Positions 32,891 through 44,075 of a stretch of DNA of 64,000 nucleotides are shown piece by piece. The notes beneath the pieces are model-generated. The model did no database searches, was not told where the DNA came from, and saw only the letters and a program-made list of their open reading frames with translations. The first letter of the stretch is position 1. The number at the start of each line of letters is the position of its first letter. The stretch lies in the NCBI RefSeq assembly GCF_009914755.1, contig NC_060934.1. One strand, 5' to 3'. Position numbers and translations under genes: made by a program. Source of the DNA: the human T2T-CHM13v2.0 reference genome, Homo sapiens.

Positions 32891-33837
32891 TCTCAGCAGA
32901 TGCAAAACATTTGACAAAATTCTGCTCATTCACGATGGCAAAACAAACATCCTCCATCTAGGCATCTACTAAGAGCTTTCCTCAGATAACGTATTTAATA
33001 AAGCACCAGAATCACTCCTGTAAAGTTTGAAACAAGAGTAGGATGTCTGCGATCATCAATATGACTCAACGTAGTACAGAACATCCTAGCTAATGCAGGA
33101 AATAGAAAGAAAATAAATGGAGGTGGTTCTTCTGTTAGGGCTAGGTTCCAAGGTTAGGATGTAAATGCGAAATGGCAGAAAGTCAGGTTCTCTTTGATTA
33201 CGATACAGCTGGGGTAGGGTCAGGGAAAACATTTCTATAAAAAAAATCTGCACCAGTGGAAACCCGCACCAGGTCATGGAAACTGATGTGGCCATCTGAG
33301 GGAAGGAGACTGACTCAGGGCCTACAAATGTTTGTGGAGCAAGAGAGACAGTGGAGGAGCCAGCACTGTCTAAATTATCCCTCTCTTCTGTTTAGTAGGC
33401 ATACACAACAGAATATGTTAAGTTAAATGTGAGTATGACCCCATTCTGTGGTAAGAGATTAAGAGATGCCAGAAAGGAAAAGACACAAAACTGTCACTCC
33501 AGACATCCACCTACAATGTGCAAGAAAACCAACCAATAATTGTTCATCAGGGTAACCAGAGCCAAGCAACAACAACAAAAACACAAAACAAAATCACTTC
33601 CAAATACAATGAGAAAGTAAAATTTTAAAAATCTTCACAATGGCAAGAGCAAAGCACCAGAGAAAATACTAAAAACCTGTAAATCCTGTAAAAGTGTTTT
33701 CAAAAATACTTGAAAGTGTTAAGAGGGTACACAACTAAGTTCGGGTATCTATGGAATTTAGATGCCATTTCAAAGCATTTCAATGGAATAAATGGCCATA
33801 TACTGTGTTTAGACAAAATTAGACAGTACCTCAGTTC

Positions 33838-34006
33838 CTTAGTATCTTAAGGAATAAGAAGTTACTAAAGTTCAATCCTATTTTAAGAACACCCATATTA
33901 TAAACTATAGATTTATGAAAAACAAGAGTTTAGAAATTTTTCTTGAGAAACAAATAAGTATCCAGGAGTTAATTGGATGCTCATAGCCAGACCTCATTAT
34001 TACAAA
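33838..34006 (+). repeat. 169-bp dispersed direct duplication, copy 1
   Basis: 161/169 identical to 35003-35171. Confidence 0.95.
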
Positions 34007-35002
34007 TATGCACAAGAAGCCCTACACTTGACAGCAAAATGTCTGCATTTCCAGCTCCCCCCTTGTTTATTTCATCTACTTGAATTGGTCTGAGTTTTGA
34101 TTCCATTTATCCAAGCACTCCTCTTCACCTTCCTTCCCTTTCCTTTCTTGAATACTGTCAGGCTGGATACTGCAAGGGAAAACTCGCCATTTATATCAGC
34201 CAGTTTCACAATCTATCCCATGAAACCAAATGAGAAGGAATTCACAGCTGCAGTTTACGGATAAGGCTATGTAGCAAAACAGGGGTGCCAGAAATCAGAA
34301 GGTTCAATGCCCTGTTAGACAAGAAAATTAGAAAAGTATGTTCTGGTCAAGTCACATCCCAATCCATGTGAAAAGATTCAGGAGTCTAAGGTGACCCAGA
34401 ATGTGACACACAAACCCCTACCCCTTCACAACCAATCATAACATTCAGCTTGCCAAAGTATCAAGTCTTCTACTCACACCCTGCCTTAAAAAGAGTCATA
34501 ATGAGAGATTTCAGTGCCTCCATGGGGCATCCCAATGAAGTTTTTTTGGATGAAGAGCCCCCTTTCAGAAAATTTTTTTTCATAGGCAAGGAATTATTTA
34601 ACAATTATGACTATTCATTTAGGCCAAGCCATAAGGGAAAGGAAAGGAAAAGATGCAGTTTGTGTGCTTGGAGGGAAGGGATATCTTCTTGGCCACCTCA
34701 AATCCATTTGAGAAGCAGGTACCGTATAAATTAGCAGTTATCATCTCACTGAGAGATCCAACAATTATTTCACAAGGGACCATTAAGAAATTTGGGTCAC
34801 TATTATGATCATCCTCATTCAACAGGTAAGGAGTGAAGGGTCAAGTGTGATTACGCAATTGCCAAAGGTCCACATGACTTGACAAGGATTACCTAAAACC
34901 TTCAAAAGCAGTCCACACAAGGCAACCCCAGTCACTTAAGAAACCTGAAAACAAGGATCTAAAGGGTAATGTTCTAAATATACTTCCTGTTCAGAACACT
35001 TA

Positions 35003-35171
35003 CTTAGTATCTTAAAGAATAAGAAGTTACTGAAGTTCAATCCCATTTTAAGAACACCCATATTATAAACTATAGATTTATGAAAAATAAGAGTCTAGAA
35101 ATTTTTCTTGAGAAACAAATAAGTATCCAGGAGTTAATCAGATGCTCACAGCCAGACCTCATTATTACAAA
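35003..35171 (+). repeat. 169-bp dispersed direct duplication, copy 2
   Basis: 161/169 identical to 33838-34006. Confidence 0.95.
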
Positions 35172-35179
35172 CTAATCTG

Positions 35180-35635
35180 ACACAGCTAACTCACATCATT
35201 CTACTGTAGGAAGGACACAAGCAATCTCATTAAACATCTACACCAAACAAGGTCACTCTGAGACGATGACAAAGTGAGACAAAACAAGATCACTGTGAAA
35301 CCCACAAAATACAAACATATCCCATCTCGGCAAAATTGAGTAACCACTACTTCTTTACTAATTACAGCTGTAGCCTGGCTCTAATCTGCCTTCCCTAAAG
35401 GTACTGAGATACCCAATCACAGAATCGCTCCCACTTTCTGAAAACACCCAATCTAAAAAGAACCTTTGCTTCCCTGCTTCCATCAACCCTTCCCAATATT
35501 ACTCAACCAAAGCCCCAAGTTTCCAATAGGTTCTTTCTAACACCCCTTTCTGCTCTTTAATGTGTTTTCCCCTCAATGCAATGAACGATAAACCCAAGCT
35601 TGTTCAATATGTGCCTAGAGGTCTTTGAGGGCACA
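35180..35635 (+). mobile_element. Old ERV1-type LTR fragment (family uncertain)
   Basis: CAAGGTCACTCTGAG..GAGACAAAACAAG..CCAATCA..CCCAATC..ATAAACCCAA LTR-like motifs. Confidence 0.45.
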
Positions 35636-37720
35636 AATGATTCATCATTTTACCAATTTCCCTTTTCTTTCACCATCAGGCTCCCTCATACATTTACATT
35701 TTGATAAAACCGAATTTAACTTCATCTGCAAATAAACTTTTCAGGATCCTAGCTATTGCATAGAAGCATGCTACATCTATAAGAGAAAATGTCTCTGGCA
35801 GAGGCTCTGAGTGCATCAATATTTTTAATCCATTCTTTAAAAAATACCGAAGACATTTCCTTCTTAATATACAGAGAATCCTCTATACCAAGAACTCTGA
35901 AAACCAGGTAGCTTTTTCTTCTAATGCTCAAAGCATGGCAGACCACGATGACACCGAGAGGACCACATTTTCCAATTTTACAAGTTCTGAAAATACCAAC
36001 TGTACACTCAGGGGACTTTACAGCCCTATAGTAACAAATGGTTTTGCCCTATAGTAACAAATGGTTTTTCTGGACACTCTAGGTTCTAAGACCCAATCTC
36101 AGACGGGAAGAGACCAACAATATAGATAAATCCCACAGACATAATGCTGGGAGAAAGACATTAAACACTTAAAAAGTACACACTGTCTAATTCCAGTTAA
36201 GCAGAGTTCAAACTCCACATAGTGGCTACCCTTGGAGGGATAATGGCCGGAAGGGGGCACAGTGGAGTCCAGGTATTAGTAATATTCTGTTTCGTGATCT
36301 GGGTGCAAGTTACACATGTGCCTTCAATCTGTGAAAATGAATCAAAATGTACACTTACCATATGTGTATAAGTTATACTCCAAAAAAAGTTTTTAAAAGG
36401 AAAAGATAAAGTGGTAGCATGTCACAGAGCAGCCTCCACTTAACTGAGGCTCTGAAAGTGGCATATGTCCACTATTTAGGCCAGTTCCTTAACCTCTCTG
36501 AGACACATCTTCCATCTGTAAATGAGGATAACTCTTATACTCACAGGCTCCTTTTGAGAGTTATGTGAGTTACTGCTTGTATTTAGCCTGGTGCACAGAG
36601 GATGGTGGTTCAAACCACTGATGTCCTGCTATCCAGTCTCTGCCCAGTGCCACCTCTGTGCAACTCAGGAAGGAACGATCAGTTCTGACATGATCAGAGA
36701 TGACTACCTTTCTATAATCTGGCAGAGCAGAGCGTTGTCTGCCCGACCCCCTGCTGCACTCCCTTTATCTCCTCCTTCCCCAACCAAAGCCCTTCAGCCC
36801 CGCCCAGCAGGTCCCAACAGTCTCCTCAGCCATGTGCCTTCTGACTAAATCCACATCTTCCACCATAATAGCCATCTTCAACCAATATCTTGTCTACTGT
36901 TTTCACTGTATTATCACAGATGTCACCACTTCCTACCACTCACCACTGTTCCTGGGCCCCTGATACTGACAGTCACCCCAGCCCAGAGAATGAGAGGTCC
37001 AGGGCAATCCCCGAGAAGTGGGTGTGAGCCAGAGTGTGATGTGTCCTGTAAGACTTCAGAATGGTTTTAAGATGAACATCCCGGCAGCACATTCATAAGA
37101 AAAAAAGAAACTGTTGGGGCTTCACATGGGGGAAATTCCACCTTCTTTATCTTGGTGTCCCAGAAGGGGCATAACGAGGTGAGACAATTATGCCCCTTTC
37201 CTCTCTTAGGGATCAGCTGAGGGCCTACTAAAATTTCAGATTCATTTTGGGCTAATTTTTAATACATGAATTCATTCTAAAATTCACTGGGGGGTTCTTG
37301 CATAAATGTGTAAGATTTTAAAGGGAGAGGAGGCATGGATGGCCAGAGGAGAAAAAAAGTCCAATATTCAAATGAAGCCAAAAGTTGAAATTACACACAT
37401 GCTGATCAACAGGTAGTATGCATTTTGAAAACTTCGCTGAACATCCTGGCTGCCTAAGCAGTTTTTGTTGCCCCAAAACTGAGGAGCTCTACTTGGTATT
37501 AAGACCAAAGAAAACAATTTTCTTGTGAGAGTCCCCATGAAGGGGACAATGTGTGATAGGGTAGACGTAACCTCAAAAATATCCTCACTCCACGTTCCTG
37601 TCCCTGGGAGGGGCACACTGAATACTTACGAATACTTAGGAATGAAGTGCTCTTGTATCCAAAACCTGCTTTCAGATGGTTGGGCAAAAGGGAACAGAAA
37701 CAGAGAGGGAAGGAGAGGGA

Positions 37721-39373
37721 GGGAGAAGGAAAGCTGGGGAGAAGGAAAGGAAAGCCAGGGGGAGAAGGAAAGGAAAGCCGCGGGGAGAAGGAAAGGAAAG
37801 CCGGGGAGAAGGAAAGGAAAGCCGGCGGGAGAAGGAAAGGAAAGCCGCGGGGAGAAGGAAAGGAAAGCCGGGGGGAGAAGGAAAGGAAAGCCGGGGGGAG
37901 AAGGAAAGGAAAGCCGCGGGGAGAAGGAAAGGAAAGCCGGGGAGAAGGAAAGGAAAGCCGGGGGGAGAAGGAAAGGAAAGCCGGCGGGAGAAGGAAAGGA
38001 AAGCCGGGGAGAAGGAAAGGAAAGCCAGGGGGAGAAGGAAAGGAAAGCCGGCGGGAGAAGGAAAGGAAAGCCGGGGGGAGAAGGAAAGGAAAGCCGGGGA
38101 GAAGGAAAGGAAAGCCGGGGGGAGAAGGAAAGGAAAGCCGGCGGGAGAAGGAAAGGAAAGCCGGGGGGAGAAGGAAAGGAAAGCCGCGGGGAGAAGGAAA
38201 GGAAAGCCGCGGGGAGAAGGAAAGGAAAGCCGCGGGGAGAAGGAAAGGAAAGCCGCGGGGAGAAGGAAAGGAAAGCCGGGGGGAGAAGGAAAGGAAAGCC
38301 AGGGGGAGAAGGAAAGGAAAGCCGCGGGGAGAAGGAAAGGAAAGCCGCGGGGAGAAGGAAAGGAAAGCCGGGGAGAAGGAAAGGAAAGCCGGGGGGAGAA
38401 GGAAAGGAAAGCCGGCGGGAGAAGGAAAGGAAAGCCGGGGGGAGAAGGAAAGGAAAGCCGGCGGGAGAAGGAAAGGAAAGCCGCGGGGAGAAGGAAAGGA
38501 AAGCCGCGGGGAGAAGGAAAGGAAAGCCGGGGAGAAGGAAAGGAAAGCCGGGGAGAAGGAAAGGAAAGCCGGGGGGAGAAGGAAAGGAAAGCCGGCGGGA
38601 GAAGGAAAGGAAAGCCGGGGGGAGAAGGAAAGGAAAGCCGGGGGGAGAAGGAAAGGAAAGCCGGGGGGAGAAGGAAAGGAAAGCCGGCGGGAGAAGGAAA
38701 GGAAAGCCAGGGGGAGAAGGAAAGGAAAGCCGGCGGGAGAAGGAAAGGAAAGCCGGCGGGAGAAGGAAAGGAAAGCCAGGGGGAGAAGGAAAGGAAAGCC
38801 GGGGGGAGAAGGAAAGGAAAGCCGGGGGGAGAAGGAAAGGAAAGCCGGGGGGAGAAGGAAAGGAAAGCCGGGGGGAGAAGGAAAGGAAAGCCGGGGGGAG
38901 AAGGAAAGGAAAGCCGGCGGGAGAAGGAAAGGAAAGCCGGGGGGAGAAGGAAAGGAAAGCCGGGGGGAGAAGGAAAGGAAAGCCGGGGGGAGAAGGAAAG
39001 GAAAGCCGGCGGGAGAAGGAAAGGAAAGCCGGCGGGAGAAGGAAAGGAAAGCCGGGGGGAGAAGGAAAGGAAAGCCGGCGGGAGAAGGAAAGGAAAGCCG
39101 GCGGGAGAAGGAAAGGAAAGCCAGGGGGAGAAGGAAAGGAAAGCCGGGGGGAGAAGGAAAGGAAAGCCGGGGAGAAGGAAAGGAAAGCCGGGGAGAAGGA
39201 AAGGAAAGCCGGGGGGAGAAGGAAAGGAAAGCCGGCGGGAGAAGGAAAGGAAAGCCGCGGGGAGAAGGAAAGGAAAGCCGCGGGGAGAAGGAAAGGAAAG
39301 CCGGGGAGAAGGAAAGGAAAGCCGCGGGGAGAAGGAAAGGAAAGCCGGCGGGAGAAGGAAAGCCAGGGAGAAG
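37721..39373. repeat. Minisatellite/VNTR: 71 units of GAGAAGGAAAGGAAAGCC + variable spacer (23- or 21-bp units) plus degenerate end units
   Basis: Counted by hand over 37739-39351: spacers GGGGG x24, GGCGG x17, GCGGG x14, GGG x10, AGGGG x6. 61x23 + 10x21 = 1613 nt matches the span. Confidence 0.98.
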
Positions 39374-39413
39374 TGGTGACATGGAAGTGGTAACCTTAAA
39401 CATTAGTGAAACT

Positions 39414-39901
<488 letters not shown>

Positions 39902-41164
39902 TCAATGGACTCTGAGTCTTAGTCTTTGAGTTAAATACCATGTGTCTTTGCAATAAGCAGACAACACTGTCAGTTACGAAAAGGACTAAAGTATAGCAAT
40001 GAGTGAAATGTGATACTGGAAGCTATGGGACAGGGAACAAGGAAAGGAAATAAACTCTCCCTTTTATGACCTCCAAGTGAAATGATGGTATCAATACCTT
40101 GCAAAGGTATTGCAGAATCAAAAACTAAGACGTACTCCGATGTCCCTGATGAGCCAACTGTCACACTTGATACAAGAAGCAATGCTAATACCATTCATGG
40201 CAGCCATCATCTCCCTCTCGCACTGTATTTAGAAGTCTAGACTTTTTCTTCTCTTTGCTCTTTTCAATTCTATCAGCTGAACTTATGTCAGCACAGGCTG
40301 ATGACAGGGAAAAACTTAATGAATCACAAAGTTTTACTGGAAGGTTACTCAAAATTATAAATCCTATCCAACTGGACCATAATATTAAAAGTTTATATTC
40401 TTTTTGTTGGTTTCACGTACACAAATTGGAGTCAACTCAACTGATTATTTAATGAGGAAACACACTTTCCTCTAAAACTCCCTAAACTATATTTGAGAAC
40501 AGAGGGCTAAGATCCCTATCACATATACTGATGGTGATCAGGGTAGAGCCTGCTTTAAGAAACTCTGTATGCAGTATAAACTGGATAAAGTTTAATGTAT
40601 TGTTGTCAGAGTTCAAAACCCTCAAGTTTGACAGAAAGCCTCAAACTTTGAACAAATTTCCCAACATTTTCTAGCATTTTTACAAAGACCACCACCTTCT
40701 TATGTGACTTGAGAGAGTGACCCATACAAACAGGAGACATGTCTTTAATGGGCTCCAAAAACAGTTTTAAACTCCTAACATCAACCAATCTGTAGATTCT
40801 TACTAAGAGAAGCATTTGGTACTAAAAGCCTTATTATCTCTGTTCTCTCACTTACTTCTAAGCCAATTAAGCAAAAGAGGAGTTTAATGTTAAGAAAGTT
40901 GACTAAGTTTCAGGAAAAAAATAAAGGTAAGTAACATGGCAATTTGTTCTAAGTAAAAGCAACCCCTTCAAAACAAACAAAAAAATAAGATGTTCCCTGC
41001 TACAGGACCAAAAAAAGAAGGCAAGAATATAAAAAGAAAGGATTTCAGGTCGAGACAGCGACGACAATAAGCAAAAGATGACTTACTGCTGCCCAAGTGA
41101 ATACAAACAAAATTTCAAAAGCACATACTCTAAAAACTGGCAACTCTACTCCTAGATTATCCTA

Positions 41165-41965
<801 letters not shown>

Positions 41966-42279
41966 TCAATACCCCAGCCATGTCAGGAGGTTTGCTTAAC
42001 AAGCAGTAAATTATTTTGCCACATCTAGATTTTAAAACACCAAGGCTGTTGGCAAAAACACATCCTAATGAAAAACTGTAAGAGAATGGATTAAAGTACC
42101 ATTTTTGCAGGTCAAATTTATTCAACTAAAGAAAGTTCTAGACTGGCATGGTCCCCCGAATTTAAAAACCTACTCCTAATTTAAAAGCACATATGCCAAC
42201 ATTACCCCTTGAATTAAATTCAAGGAATAATTCAAGTCTAATTCAAGAGTGGTCTAATGCAGGTCCAATTCAAGATTCA

Positions 42280-42775
42280 GGACTGAGAGCCCTATCAGAC
42301 CTGGCCCCACCTACTTCCAGCTTCAGGCCACATCCCGATCTCACTCTGACCACAACTCGTCTTTCAGTTCCTCAAACCTGCCCTGCAGTTCTGTCGCTTT
42401 CAGGATTTTTTGCATAGCCTCTTCCCTGGGCCCAGAACATTTTTTTACCAATTCTCTTCATGGTTAACTCCAAAAAAGATATACAGGGGATTGCAGCCTA
42501 CATGTCACTTCAGGGAAGCTCCGTTGGCTGCCTTAAACTGGTCTGGTTCCCCCCATCATATCCTCCAAGAAACACATCTTTTGAAGGATTTATCACAGCT
42601 TCAATTCTATAACTGTGAAATCAGTTGTCTGATGTCTATTTCCAACCCCGCCCCCCGCCCCCCCAACTAGAATATCAGCTGCCAGAGGCAGGAACTGTCT
42701 CAAAACCTCTTAGCACAATGCATAGAACAGCCTTATATACAGAATAACCTCAGAAATATTAGCAGAATGAACAAA
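42280..42775 (+). mobile_element. L2 fragment
   Basis: GCCCTATCAGACCTGGCCCC..TAGAATATCAGCT..GAGGCAGGAACT..GAATGAA. Confidence 0.6.
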
Positions 42776-43849
42776 GTTTTGTAATATATACGTTATTTGT
42801 AATATCTGTGAGATGAACAAAGAAGACCGGCCAATATGAAAGAAGATTACATTTAAGGTCTGCAGCTTTAAATCTATCTTTAAGCAGGGGAAATGGAAAA
42901 TACTGCAGAGTAAAATAAAACCACCAGATAAACAGAGCCCGAAACGGACCAGGATAGAAAAATAATGCCAATTACACTTGAATCCATTTAAGCAGCAGCT
43001 TCTGGAGGAAGAAGGAGGCTACAATAATAGTATCCAAAATAAACAATTCAGTAATTGATCAACTAGTCAGAGGAAATTATCCTAATTCAAGATCTCATAT
43101 GAAATATAAAGTGTTATACAGACAAGAATGAGGAAAAAAGACACCAGGAGATGTATCTAATGTGCAGTTGTGAGTTCAATTGTTTATGCAATTTAAAAGA
43201 ATATCTGGCATCGCTACTTCTACACACTCTTCTGAATCTGTCTTAAATGCACTATCATTTAAACAAAAACACAAAAGCAGTCTGTCCTACTTTTTTCCAA
43301 AGAAGTAAATATACAGAAAGGTTTTACCATAAAATGTTAGCAATATTTCCTGTAGATTATAAATGACATCAAGAAACCATAAAAATAAAAATTTTCACTG
43401 TGGCCAAAAAACACCAAAAGCCAAGTCAAAAGACAATTGACAGGTGGGAAATTTTTTTGCAACTCAAAATTGAAAAACAAGAGCAAGTCATTGTAACATA
43501 CAGAGTTCTAAGAAAAATGGGTAAGAGAAAGACCAAGGTCCCCAAAGACAAACAAGAAAGGATATCAACTAGGCAGGTACAGAAAAAGAATACAAATGGC
43601 TCTTATAAACACAAGAAATGATGCTTATCCACCCCCTTGAGAGAAATGCAAAGACTGTACTAATATGTCACTGTCCATTTACCAGACTACCAAAATCCAG
43701 TTTGAGAAAACCCTCTGACAGTGTAGTATGGGGCCACATATCTCTCATATCCTACTAATGGAAGTGTAAATTGTAGAAGCAACATCTATTCGAATTACAC
43801 ATATATAGGGCAATCGACACAACAATGTCACTTCTGTGAATTTACCAAG

Positions 43850-44075
43850 AAAGGCAGCATCAAAAAGTGAGGGAATTCCCTAGAATCAGCTTGCTTAGCT
43901 AGGTGTCAATTCTGGCTCTCCTACTCTCTGCGGTATGACTTTAAGCAAGTCACCCAACCCTCTCTGAGCCTCAGTTTCCTGTCTGTAAACAAGGATAATA
44001 TGCTACTGGCTACTTCACAAGACTGATGTAATGATTGAGTCAACATAAGGAAATGGTTGAAGAGAGTGGCTAGGA
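43850..44075 (+). mobile_element. MIR fragment
   Basis: TGACTTTAAGCAAGTCACCCAACCCTCTCTGAGCCTCAGTTTCCTGTCTGTAAAC core. Confidence 0.75.

Noticed and set aside
37747-37760. NF-kB or ISRE sites in the VNTR unit
   Set aside because: GGCTTTCC lacks the 5' GGG of a kB site, and GAAAGGAAA has 1-nt rather than 2-nt ISRE spacing.
37739-39351. CRISPR-like appearance (constant repeat plus variable spacer)
   Set aside because: Spacers are only 3-5 nt from five recurring variants, the context is a primate intron, and there are no cas genes. It is a minisatellite.
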